A stretch of 63,942 nucleotides of DNA, counting the filler, from Octopus bimaculoides (lineage: Eukaryota): assembly GCF_001194135.2 (NCBI RefSeq). It is 5 parts of 5 records of this genome, joined end to end, with 100 filler letters (N's around TTAATTAATTAA, not from the genome) between each part and the next. Parts side by side here need not be neighbours in the genome. Positions count along the whole stretch, not along the records: positions 50,975 to 60,171 come from NC_068999.1; positions 60,272 to 63,942 come from NC_068987.1; 3 more parts are not named here. One strand, 5' to 3'. Numbering within the stretch: the stretch's first letter is position 1; every line of letters starts with the position of its first letter. The position numbers and the translations under genes were made by a program. Shown piece by piece: positions 51,018 through 63,300 of the stretch. The notes beneath the pieces are model-generated. The model did not search any database. It had not been told where the DNA came from and worked only from the letters and a program-made list of their open reading frames with translations.

Positions 51018-52953
51018 AGAGGCTTCTTTCAGTTTCCATCTACCAAATCCATTCACAAGGCTTTGGTTGGCCTGAGGCTATAGTAGACGACACTTGCCAA
51101 AGGTGCTACACAGTGGGCAATGAATCCAGGACCACATGGTTGGAAAGCAAACTTCTTCCCACACAGCCATGCCTGCATCTATAGATATATATTTCTACAT
51201 CAAACATTTTGATTATGTTTGAGCATGTGCACATCATCATTTATGGGATTCCACAGGTTTTGGATGCCAAACTTGGTGCATGAAGTTGAAAATTCACATA
51301 CATATATTTTTGTGAATCTTGATGTAATGAATATGTGTTACGCATATGTATTAACATAGTTAAGAAGTCCAGTATGAGTTCCCAGTGGTATATAGTCGTA
51401 ATACCTTATGTGCATATAATCAATATTCAAAAATTTATCCAAAATATGTTTTTAGCCTTATCCATCTTTGTGCCTAAATAATTGTTTCTAGTAATATTCA
51501 AAGCTTGAAATTTGGAGGTGAGGCTTAACCTTAAGCAAGCTTAGGCGCATTATGTCACCTGTAGGATGTTTCTCCCCTTTGGCTGAAGGCACATTGTGTT
51601 GCATTGAAAGGAGAGAAAACTCATATAGCAACATGATGCTCCTCCACCGTGCTAAAGGTTAATTACTTAAATTGACCCCAGTACTTGACTAGTACTATAT
51701 TTTAGCAACTCTTTGGACTAAAAAGCAAAGTTGATCTCAGAACATAAAGAATTAGATTGAATGTCTCTTACCATTTTGCTTGATTCCTAAATGATTCAGC
51801 CAAACTACAAATATTTTTTATTTAGAATTTTAATTACACAGTAATTCAGTATCCAAGCACCCACTTCAAATAATGAATCTTTCTATATTTTTTTATATAT
51901 AAAGGGCAGAAAATATTTTTCCATTCCAAGACGAATAAGGTATCAAGTCAAACTTAAAATCTGAATGAAAATGAATTTTATAATAAATTTAACTCTACTT
52001 TTCACAGAATCTTACTTTCAGTAAATGTTTGCTTGTTATTTTTAATATAGCTTTAAAGTAATAAGCTTAAATAAATTGTAATATACTAAGGCATTGTGTT
52101 TACAGCTGAATGCATTTCCTAGCACTAAACTATATCTGTTTTTCAAGTTATTCTACACATCTTTGAAGGCATAACACCAGCGGACAATTTTTTGTTAAGG
52201 GAAATGACAATAACATCACCATATGGGACTTGTGTAAAAAAGCAACTGTAAACAAACACACAAACAGCCATGCATATGCATATACAAGATGGGCATCTTC
52301 CAATTTCCACTTATTAAAACCACTCACAAGGTTTTGGTGGTCAGCCAGAGGCTATAGTAGAAGACACTTGCACAGGTTATGTAATAGGCACACAAAGCAG
52401 TATTGTGAATTACTGAAGTGACTGTTGGTGTTTTATCTGCAGTAAAAATGGCTTTATATACATACATACATACAAATATCTATATATTTAGAAGGTTGTC
52501 TGTCATGGCTGGTCAGACAGTGACCATTGGTTTCACACCTATAAATCCTTTAGCTGTACAGGTGATTTGTCAGATTCAAATGGCTGGAGGCACATAACCT
52601 CTCTACAACTTGTGGAAGGAAAACATCATGGCCAGTTAGTTTTGTAAACAAAAAATATCTGGAATGAAACCCTCCAGGTAAGCTTTTTTATGCACACACA
52701 TTAACACCACAACATGGCTCTTGATATGAAGATTTAGACCAGGTCTCTAGTTTAAGGGTAGATAACTTGATATTTTGAAGCACTGTTTCCTCCTGTAGTA
52801 AACTCGCCAGTCTTGGTTTCTTCCCCCCTTCCTTCTTCTTTGAGGGCCTACGAAAGGGCCACTGCCATCACTGTCCTTTTCTCTCTAACTAAACTTTGTT
52901 AACAACACAGAAAGAAATGTTGGAGTAATATCACAAAAAGTTCAGTGTCCCAC

Positions 52954-53055
52954 CTTATAAGATTCTGTCCCATATGGTAATGATTTGCCATAGTAACGAT
53001 GCTCAGCAAAGACCAGCATGGCACCAAATTTTCCAGCAATGTCCATCATGAAACC
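52954..53055 (-). CDS. PRCP: Lysosomal Pro-X carboxypeptidase exon 3
   Basis: tctgcag| [34 protein letters not shown] |gtggga; 102 nt, phase 0/0; EHRYYG signature; DIxWF/NTGFMxD/AMLVF favour PRCP over DPP7. Catalytic GGSYGG exon and later exons not seen. Confidence 0.96.
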
Positions 53056-53429
53056 CTGCAGATAAAATGAAACATCTTAAAAAAATTTTCAAAGATCAAA
53101 GACAAGGAATATTTGCAGAATAGGTCAGGTTTCGTTAAGATAAATAACACCCACACAAACATGTGTATATGTGTACACGTGTCCGCATGCACACACACAC
53201 ACACACGTATATACATATACATACATACATATATATAAAATCAATTACCCAAAATCCCAAAAGAGTATTTTTCTCCCTCGTGTTCTATCCCTGACCACCC
53301 TAACTCTGGCCCCCCTCTCTCTCTCTCTTTCGATTACCACTTGCTTCGCCAACAATTCCCCCTCCTCCACCACCCCACCCTATATAAACTAGCACATGCA
53401 TTTGGATTCCCCTACTCCATTTTAATAAC

Positions 53430-55702
53430 TTCCCCGAAAGAATACGAATCCAGAAGATTTTCACCCCCACCGCCTCTACCGGAAGTCCTCATCTTCTGTC
53501 ACCCTTTGGTTGTCTCCCATGAACACTTCTAAAGGCTTCAGGCCATCCCCACCTCTACTTCGGGTTTATCTCCTCCTATGTAACGTAGTTATCATATAGC
53601 ACATCAAAATGATGGAGTTGTGTATGCAGGTTGAAGGCTATTGTTTGTTTATGAATTCTGCCAAACGTGAGCTTTCTTTTCAGGTACATGACACTGCTGT
53701 CCCCCATCCCAGGGTCTCACGGGCCCACACCTCCCACACCCTCAGGGTTGGCATACTGAAAGATAAGTCTGTTGAGATGCTTGAATGGAGACGTGTAGAT
53801 TTGTGCTGCATCCAAGAAGTAAGGTGGAGAGCAGGTTCCGCTAGGTTCCTCACAGGCAAAGAACACAGGTACAAGATTTTCTGGGCAGGGAACACTGACA
53901 GGGTCGGGGGTGTGGGAATACTTCTTGCAGAGAAATGGGTTGATAAGGTAATCGAGGTAGTCAGAGTATGTGATAGAGTAATTAAGATTAGATTAGTGCT
54001 TCACCATAGGTTAGCTGCCATTATCTCGGCCTATGCCCCTCAACCGGAGCTACCAGATGCGCAGAAAGACCAATTTTATGACACCCTGTTGTAGACTACC
54101 TCATTGACGAATGACAGGGACCTTTTCTTTGTGGCTGGTGATTTCAATGGACATGTTGGACAACATGCAGAGGGCTTCCATGGCGTACATGGAGTCTATG
54201 GCTTTAGTTCCCACAATGAGGAGGGAACCAGACTGCTGGAGTTCTGTGATGCAAATGATCTTATGGTTTGCAATACCAACTTCAGGAAACCCGCCTGTCA
54301 CCTAGTCGCCTACCATTCTGGCAGACACACTAGCCAAATTGACTACATCCTTGCCAGAAAAAGGGAAAGAGGGCTGCTTATAAATGCCAAAACCTTCCCA
54401 GGCGAAGAATGTACCCCTCAACATAGATTAGTAGTTAGCGACTTCTGAATCAGGGTTAAATGGATGCCCAGAAGTAGACCAGCTTCGAGGAGAAGAGTCT
54501 GGAAGCTTAAAGATCCTGCAAATGGACAGAGATTTAGAGACGTATTAATTGAAGCCTTTAACAAAATGGTGGGGGGTATAGCATCATATGTGCAGAGAAC
54601 AGCTTCTGTCACATTCCAGGGAGAAAAACTACAAGTAGTTGATAGCTTCTATTACCTAGGGGACCAAGTCAGTAGTGGGGGTGGATGCTCTGAAAGTGTA
54701 GCAGCTAGAATAAGAATAGCCCAGGCAAAGTTCAGAGAGCTCCTACTTCTGCTGGTAACAAAGGGCCTCTCACTCAGAGTAAAAGGTAGACTGTATGACG
54801 CATGCATACAAACAGCCATGCTACATGGCAGTGAAACATGGGCCGTGACTACTGAGGACATGCGTAAGCTTGCAAGGAATGAAGCCAGCATGCTCTGCTG
54901 GATGTGTAATGTCAGTGTGCATACTCGACAGAGTGTAAGCACCCTGAGAGAAAAGTTGGAGTTAAGAAGCATCAGATGTGGTGTCCAAGAGAGACGATTG
55001 CACTGGTATGGTCATGTGGCGAGAATGGATGAGGACAGCTGTGTGAAGACGTGTCACAGCCTTAGCAGTTGAGGGAACCTGTGGAAAAGGTAGACCCAAG
55101 AAAACCTGGAATGAGGTGGTGAAGCACAACCTTCACACATTGGGCCTTACCGAGAAGACCCGACAAGCCAAGTGAGACCATAGCCCATGGCCTATGCCAG
55201 TGGGTGTAACTAGCCCATTTATGAATACTCCTCATTCATTGGACAATAAACCTTGCTTGTGAAGACCTATTGAGGCAAGTGAAATCAAAATCGTTGGCAT
55301 GGCCGATGACAGTACCACCTGATTGGCACTTGTGCCAGTGGAATGTTAAAAGCACATCTGAGTGTGATCGTTGTGAGGGCCACAGATTGGCTCCCATGCC
55401 GGTGGCATGTGAGAAACAACATTCAAGCATGGTCATTGCCAGTACCACCAGACTGGCTGTGCAGGTAGCATGTAAAAAGCACCTTTTGAGAGTGGTTGTT
55501 GCCTGAACTGCCTGACTAGCCCTCGTGCTGGTGGCATGTAATAGCACCCACTATACTCTTGGAGTGGTTAGCGTTAGAAAGGGCATCCAGTTGTAGAAAC
55601 TTTGCCAGATCAGATTGAGCCTGTGAACCTTCTTGCTCACCAGTCCTCAGTCAAACCATCCAACCCATGCCAGCATGGAAAGCAGATGTTAAACGATGAT
55701 GA

Positions 55703-55706
<4 letters not shown>
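53430..55706 (+). mobile_element. RTE-clade LINE, decayed, RT core deleted, in PRCP intron 2 (antisense)
   Basis: APE endonuclease motifs (CCIQEVRW, GVGILL, SAYAPQ, AGDFNGHVG, SQIDYIL, QHRLVVSD) in one frame with two stops (54092, 54446); jumps at about 54592 to the RT C-terminal YLG/LHGSETW/WYGHVARM region; no YADD; (GAT)n tail at 55695-55706. 5' boundary approximate. Confidence 0.92.
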
Positions 55707-55745
<39 letters not shown>

Positions 55746-56213
55746 TAGAGTGTCCATAAAGTCGTTCAACAATTTCAACAAGTCATTACGAGAAACTAAA
55801 TTTTTGTTGTATATTAATTATGCTGTTGTTAAAAGTTTTTTTTAATGATAATAATACTTTTATTAATGTTATGATTTTACGTTTCAGACTGCAATTAATG
55901 TTGTTTTTCTGTTTCTGATAACAACTACTCCACATGAAAAATCTTGGTTTACCAAAACAAAGATATTCAAACACGAAGTAATCACACAGTTGAATATGGA
56001 AAACAAGCCCTGGCATGTCAGTCAATTGAAAACTGGTATCAGCAATTTACGGAAACAGGGACAATGCTACATAGACCAAGGACTGGAAGGTAAGGAACAT
56101 CTGAAGAAGATACTGAGCATTTCTGTCAATCATTTCAACATTCCATCCATACTGCTTCCACTCGACTGCAACTACCGAGATCAACAATTTATAAGGTGCT
56201 CCATAAGAACCTG
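55746..56213 (+). mobile_element. 5' fragment of a second, different mariner-like (DUF4817-type) element
   Basis: TIR-like start AGAGTGTCCATAAAGTC; frame reads ...SIENWYQQFTETGTMLHRPRTGR*GTSEED...LQLPRSTIYKVLHKNL, an HTH region of the same type; truncated. Confidence 0.6.
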
Positions 56214-57816
56214 AGCCATTAAGCAACAATGGGTGGGGTGGGGGGTGAGCTTACCAGTGGAGGTTGGCAGGTGAGGTTTGCAGGTAAGGCTTTCAGTAGG
56301 GCCTATGGAACCCTGGACATTTCAGGAGCTTGCAGAAGAAGCAGAGTCATCAAGCGTAATGTAGAGGCTGCAGAGAAAACGTCTTGATGGCTCTGACCAA
56401 GAGGTGATTAGTGGGGTCAGAAGAATGCCACTTGGACACAGGCCTACTAAGTTTGAGCAGTTGTAGGTTGTAAGTTGTACGTTGGATCAGTTGGACAAGG
56501 ATGTATGTTGTAAGATCTGAAACATGCAGAGAAACATCAGGACACAACATTGACAATGTGTCGTCGTCGTCGTTTAACGTCCGCTTTCCATGCTAGCATG
56601 GGTTGGACGATTTGACTGAGGGCTGGTGAAACCAGATGGCTACACCAGGCTCCAATCTGATTTGGCAGAGTTTCTACAGCTGGATGCCCTTCCTAACGCC
56701 AACCACTCAAAGAGTGTAGTGGGTGCTTTTACGTGTCACCCGCACGAAGGCCAGTCAGGCGGTACTGGCAACGGCCACGCTCATCTCGCTCGAGAAACCT
56801 CATGTGTCACCCGCACAAGAGCCAGTCCAGGGGCACCAGCAACGATCCTGCTCGAAAATCCCACAAGAGCCAGTTCAGGGGCACCGGNNNNNNNNNNNNN
56901 NNNNNNNNNNNNNNNNNNNNNNNNNNNNNNNNNNNNNNNNNNNNNNNNNNNNNNNNNNNNNNNNNNNNNNNNNNNNNNNNNNNNNNNNNNNNNNNNNNNN
57001 NNNNNNNNNNNNNNNNNNNNNNNNNNNNNNNNNNNNNNNNNNNNNNNNNNNNNNNNNNNNNNNNNNNNNNNNNNNNNNNNNNNNNNNNNNNNNNNNNNNN
57101 NNNNNNNNNNNNNNNNNNNNNNNNNNNNNNNNNNNNNNNNNNNNNNNNNNNNNNNNNNNNNNNNNNNNNNNNNNNNNNNNNNNNNNNNNNNNNNNNNNNN
57201 NNNNNNNNNNNNNNNNNNNNNNNNNNNNNNNNNNNNNNNNNNNNNNNNNNNNNNNNNNNNNNNNNNNNNNNNNNNNNNNNNNNNNNNNNNNNNNNNNNNN
57301 NNNNNNNNNNNNNNNNNNNNNNNNNNNNNGATCTCGCTCGAAAGATTTCATGTGTCGCCCGCACATGAGCCAGTCCAGGGGCACCAGCAACGATCTCGCT
57401 CGAAAAACCTCATGTGTCACCCACACAAGAGCTGGCCCAGGGGCGTCGCCCGCACATGAGCCAGTCCAGGGGCACTGGCAACGATCCCGCTCGGTGCTTG
57501 TGTGTGTGTGTTTTGTCTTTGTGTGTGTGTGTGTGCGTGCAAGTGTGTTTTTGCATGTCTTCTCATTGACTCTACTTGGGCAACAATGAGGTGTGTTCAT
57601 GTTTCACAGCTCAATAGGTTAACATATGCATCTCAATGGAAAAAAAAAAAGTATGTCAGTTCAAAACAAGTGTTGGTGCCATAAAGGGTACCCAGCAGTA
57701 GAATACTTCAAGACATCTTGTCCAACCCATACAAATATGGAAAAAGTGAACAGAAAAATGACAATGATGGTAATGATGATGATAAATGATATGTATAATT
57801 ATACAGTTATACTGAC

Positions 57817-57954
57817 TGTGTTTTTTAAAAACCAGACAATATCTCCTTCATTGCCAGTGTAAAAGAATATTGGGCCTCCATTTCCATCCCACCACTGAGT
57901 GGACACAAGATATCTTTGCTGGTAGGTGTCTGTGTTCCAGCCAAAGTGGTCAAC
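57817..57954 (-). CDS. PRCP: Lysosomal Pro-X carboxypeptidase exon 2
   Basis: ttcttag| VDHFGWNTDTYQQRYLVSTQWWDGNGGPIFFYTGNEGDIVWFLKNT |gtcagt; 138 nt, phase 0/0; FYTGNEGDI signature. Confidence 0.96.
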
Positions 57955-59078
57955 CTAAGAAAGAGTAGATATAAAAACAATTACAGAGTTACACGTCACA
58001 AGAGTGTGGTGCACCGATGTTACAAGTATGTTGTGTTACATGCCACTGCTGTGTTATGTTACATGTTACTGATGTCTTGTGTTACACATTATTGGTGAGT
58101 TGTATTACATGTTAATTTTCCCCATTAATCATGTTTAATCATGAGATTTTTTTTATAAAAAGACATTTGGTGATATGACAGTAATATACCATTTTTACTT
58201 CTGTAAACAAATGAATGTTAATAATAATAACAATGGTTTCAGATTTTGGCACAAGGCCAGCAATTTCTACTGCACAACTGGTACTTATTTTATTGACCCC
58301 CAAATGGAATGAAAAGCAAAGTCAATCTCAACAGAATTTGAACTCAGAACATAAAGATGGATGAAATGTTGCTAAACAGTTTTTAATTCTGCCTGTTCAC
58401 CACCTAATAGTGATAAAGATAGTGCTCATCGGAACTGCCCATATCCTACGTAAAATACTGTCTATGTAATCTCAAATTTTAAAAGAAACACATAAATGAA
58501 AAGTGAAACTCAGAAGTGAAATGCGAATCTGAACTCGTGATTATTTGGCTGCTACTTCTAGCAAATTGAGCAACAGTCAGGGTTTCCTTTGTTTTATCTA
58601 TCTATCTGGCGATCTCATATCAAATTTAGCCATCTATCTATCTATCTATCTATCTATCATTCTGTCTGTTTATTTATCTACCACTCAGACGATTTATCGT
58701 CTATTTATCTTCATCTCTTTATCTATTGTTGTCTATCAAGTTATGAAACCTACTTAGCTAATTAACATTTCTACTCGAGACAGGAATGGTATTGATAAAA
58801 AAAAAAAATGAAACCTCATTCGAAACTTCCCGGTAGATTTCTTGTATAATTATAATTTTATTATCATCATCATCATCATTATTATTATTATGGCAGCGAG
58901 CCGGGAGAATCGTTAGCGGTATTTCGTCTGCCGCTACATTCTGATTTCAAATTCCGCCGAGGTCGACTTTGCCTGTCATCCTGTCTGGGTCGATAAATTA
59001 ATACCAGTCAAGTACTGAGGTCGATGTAATTGACTATCACCCTCCGCCAAATTTCAGGCCTATAGTAGAAAGGATGAC

Positions 59079-59143
<65 letters not shown>

Positions 59144-59196
59144 GTAGTAGTAGTAGTAGTAGTAGTAATCATGATGTAAACAAAATATGGACTTAC

Positions 59197-59388
59197 AGCT
59201 TGAGTGAAGTACCGAGTTTCGAAATTGGTATGGAAGTATTCTGTAGAGACAACTGGTTCATAATAAGGTGTATACTTTGAAGATGCGGTCAACTGTCTTC
59301 TTAATGGTAGACCATGAAGGAATGCATGAGAGGACGGGATGAAAGCGTAAATGAGTATAGATAGAAGCAAAAAGTTGTTGCAATCCAT
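59197..59388 (-). CDS. PRCP: Lysosomal Pro-X carboxypeptidase (peptidase S28) exon 1
   Basis: MDCNNFLLLSILIYAFIPSSHA (signal-peptide-like) ...FETRYFTQA |gtaagt; 64 codons, phase 0; joins to give YFTQA|VDHFG, cf. human YFQQK|VDHFG. Confidence 0.9.
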
Positions 59389-59469
59389 TACAACGACCTG
59401 TAGTCGTGAGAACCAAAGATAACGTGCGGCAAGAGTGAAGGGAGAGATAATTTCTTCTAAGCGGTCAAA

Positions 59470-59478
59470 TCACATGAC
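59470..59478 (-). promoter_or_regulatory. M-box/CLEAR-like E-box (GTCATGTGA) upstream of PRCP
   Basis: TCACATGAC on + strand, 82 bp upstream of the ATG of a lysosomal enzyme gene; matches the MiT/TFE TCAYGTGA consensus. Motif match only. Confidence 0.45.
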
Positions 59479-60171
59479 AGCTTTTTTCGACAGTCAGCGA
59501 GCGATAAAAGATTCACACTTGACATTTATTGACGCTAAACCCTCTTCAAGACTATTCCAATGCAGTGTTTAACACTGAGAAGCAGCCTCTGCGTGGTCGG
59601 CTGATCTGCTGGAAGTGGCAGCTAAATATCCTGTTATTCAAACCCACTATCTTAGAAAACGAATACAGTCGTAGTGAGATCGTCGATGACCTATATTTCA
59701 AAAACCAAAAATGATTGGTGGATGCGATTGGTACATATTTTGGATCATGGGTCTGCTCGATGAGGACTGACTTGGGTTAAACAACAATTAGGTCAGGTTA
59801 TCCAGGAACATATATCTACACCAAGAAGAGGACGATCCCAACGGCACCATCGCTACCAATCTTTGTCACCTCATTCAGTTTTTAATATCTTGGAGTTATC
59901 TTCCTTGCTTTTCTTGCTTAAACTTGATGTTTAACTCTTTCGTCTCTGTTTTATCCGGGGGCGCCGCTTTGAAAAGTGTAGTCAAACATCTCGATTGCCG
60001 TGCTTGTTTATTTTAAGCTTGGTGTTAGTACTTTTGCCAAACCGCCAACTTACGAAGTGGAAAATGGGAATGAAAGACTTCATTGGAGTTCTTTTAACTG
60101 ACACATAACATCATAATATTTCTTACATAAGCACAAGGGGTCAGAAATATATATATATATATATATATATA

Positions 60172-60271
60172 NNNNNNNNNNNNNNNNNNNNNNNNNNNNN
60201 NNNNNNNNNNNNNNNTTAATTAATTAANNNNNNNNNNNNNNNNNNNNNNNNNNNNNNNNNNNNNNNNNNNN
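60172..60271. other. Artificial scaffold spacer
   Basis: 44 N + TTAATTAATTAA (60216-60227) + 44 N. Confidence 0.92.
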
Positions 60272-60458
60272 ACATACATACACACATACATACATACTTA
60301 CCAGTCGGGACTAAGTGAAATTGCCTCGAATATGTCGGCGTGGAGAAAACGGTTTTGTTTTCATTTCGTTTTTCCCTGAACTTGACTTGAACGTCATGAC
60401 TACTCATTTTCAGTTTTGGTTGCTTTAATTACAGCAACATTGTTTCGTTTCGTTTCAG

Positions 60459-60512
60459 GCAAAAATTGTCAACCTTGATGACGAAGACAATGAATTTAAC
60501 AATAGTGATGAG
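60459..60512 (+). CDS. Candidate small exon, gene unknown
   Basis: gtttcgtttcag| AKIVNLDDEDNEFNNSDE |gtatgc; 54 nt, open in phase 0; no family recognised. Confidence 0.5.
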
Positions 60513-62753
60513 GTATGCATTCGAACAATTTTTTTTTTTTTATTTTGCTTACACCTAAAAAGAAAATAACATATGAAAAAATAAGAAGAGAAAAAGAAAG
60601 AAAAAATAACAATACTCTAAAGAAATTATTTTAACTTCCAGTAATTTCCAATAACTTTCGACAGAATCCAGTGCATTCTAAAAAGTGACAGATGTCTTGA
60701 GGTAAAATGTTTTAAAAGCAGAAATTAAAACTCTTTCACTTACATTTTTTTACCTCTCGCGTAACTTGGAGCCATTTTTGTTTTAATATATATAATTATA
60801 TTGGATGAAATTTCAGTAAAATTACTAGATTTTTTACACTCGTAAACATTCAGAGCCGATTAGCTGTACAGAATACCCCATAAGTAATATAACTTTAACT
60901 GGAGTTAGGGGAGGAAAATTTGAAATGCTTCGTGCGACATGTATTATTAATGTTAATTATTACTATTATCAAACGTTAACATTTGTTTTAGCTGTGAGGG
61001 ATATAAACATATTGTTTTATATTCGTCGATCAAACATATATTCAAGCAAATGTGACATACGACGATGAAAGGTGTTGGGGGAGGCAATGCCTTTCATCGG
61101 GGGGCAAAAACCTAAACTTGCCATATCATAGCTTACGTATGTCACAATAGAGCCAACGAAGGAGTATTTATGTGGTCGTTCCAACAACTTGAAATAGTAG
61201 CCAAATCTCCTTCAAATCACACTTTACTATTTCTTAACGGGAAAATGTCTCATCTGAAAATGTAGCCTAGAAAAAAGTTGGTACGATAAGGGCTAGAATG
61301 CCTTTGATCATAGGTGTATTCGTTCAGATCTGACCAAGTTTTAGACACCATTTTTTCCCCAAGNNNNNNNNNNNNNNNNNNNNNNNNNNNNNNNNNNNNN
61401 NNNNNNNNNNNNNNNNNNNNNNNNNNNNNNNNNNNNNNNNNNNNNNNNNNNNNNNNNNNNNNNNNNNNNNNNNNNNNNNCAAGAGTCAACTTCGCAGATT
61501 CATACATCTGGAGCTGATGATAAAAACAATGTATCAGTCATGTAGGAAAATGATCCGATTGATTGAGATTCAGTCGTGTACAGAGATGAATCGATTGAGT
61601 CTAACCCTGTCTTTTGCACCCACAATCTTGTGCCCTACAAGTTGCAATATACAGCCAGTGTTCGCATGCATTGTCGCAATTCATTTTGCAGGATTTAAAA
61701 TCTCTACCTATAACACACATACAGACAGACACGGACTTTGAAAAAAGAGTAAGAAATGCGATAGAAATAAACAAAATCAAAAATAACTGAGAACGAATAC
61801 TAAAGAGTAATTATAAATGTAAGCAAACGAGAAAAGAAAGAACAGGAAAAATGAAGAGGGAAATAGCATGTTAGAGAACGCGATCTCCATCATTTAAAAG
61901 GCACGGAAGTTGGCGTTGATTATTTTATGCAATCAATCTAGGAATCTTAATGAATTCATATTTTAATGACATAAAATTGAAGTAGCGAACCTAAAAATTT
62001 TCAGGTATTAAAATTTTAATGAACTAAAATTAATCTAGTGAACTTAGACATTTTATTGAATTAAAAGCCATGGAGAGAAGATCAAATCGTGAGCTTAATG
62101 AAAAAGTTCGGTCAAGAAAAGAAAGAGAACACAACTCAAAATCTTATATCAAATTTAATCAAAAATGGAATGCGGTCATTGCAATGGGAAATCAAACTTA
62201 TCTTTACGATACGGAGAAAACTACGAACATTTTTTTGGTCTAATTGGTCTTCTTCAGGGAAGTACTCTTATACAAAAAAGGACTTGAGAAATATATAGAT
62301 TTTTTTATGAATGCACAGCAATTGGTGTAATACCTCTGTATGTATGCATGTATGTATGCATGCATGCATTTATGTATATATAAGATATTTGTAGAGCAGT
62401 AACGGTTAAAACTATATTTCGCTGAGAAGGTGTAATAAGAACGAAACATGTTCAGAGTTGTTACCCTACTGCTAAGCTCAGATTCACTCCTCACTACATT
62501 GCTCGCATTCTATTTTTAACTCATTTTAATTCATTAAGCTTCTACATTATCTCTTTTGCCGTCTTTGACCAGATTTGATCGATAATTTCTCCTCATAAAT
62601 GGTGTTGTTATCATTATTATTTCAAATTTCTCACTCGCTACATTAAGTATATGAACGCTATCCTTGCTGTTTTCATTCTCAATAAGAGCGTAACTGCGTA
62701 TTTCTTCCTTGTCTCCGCCGCATGCTAAACTGAGATTCTTTCTGCTACTTTAG

Positions 62754-62819
62754 GTGAAATTCGAAGATGCTGTTGACAGCGTTGACCAATCCAAAGGCTC
62801 CATGCAGCTTGTCAAACGG
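62754..62819 (+). CDS. Candidate small exon, gene unknown
   Basis: ctactttag| VKFEDAVDSVDQSKGSMQLVKR |gtatgt; 66 nt, phase-compatible with 60459-60512. Confidence 0.55.
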
Positions 62820-63109
62820 GTATGTAAATATACTGTTGAATTTTATGTTGTTCTTGTTGATGATGATGATGATGATGACGACGACGACGACGACGACGAT
62901 GAGGTTCTTATTGTTCTAATGATTCGAGAGGTGTCCTTATCTATATACATAAAACAGTCAAGAGAAGTGCAGAGATATATAGGTAAATATATGTAAAAAA
63001 AAAAAAAAAGGGAAAACGAAAACGAAAATGCTCACATCAATATACGTATTTTATTATACAAATACACATACAGACGCATAAATTCAAAGACAGACAGCCA
63101 GCAGACTGA

Positions 63110-63300
<191 letters not shown>

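Noticed and set aside
50438-59388. Antisense interleaving of integrin and PRCP (both 3' ends missing)
   Set aside because: Both truncations coincide with the spacer at 50875-50974, and no PRCP exon 4+ motif (GGSYGG etc.) was seen in the integrin introns. Fragmentation is the simpler explanation.
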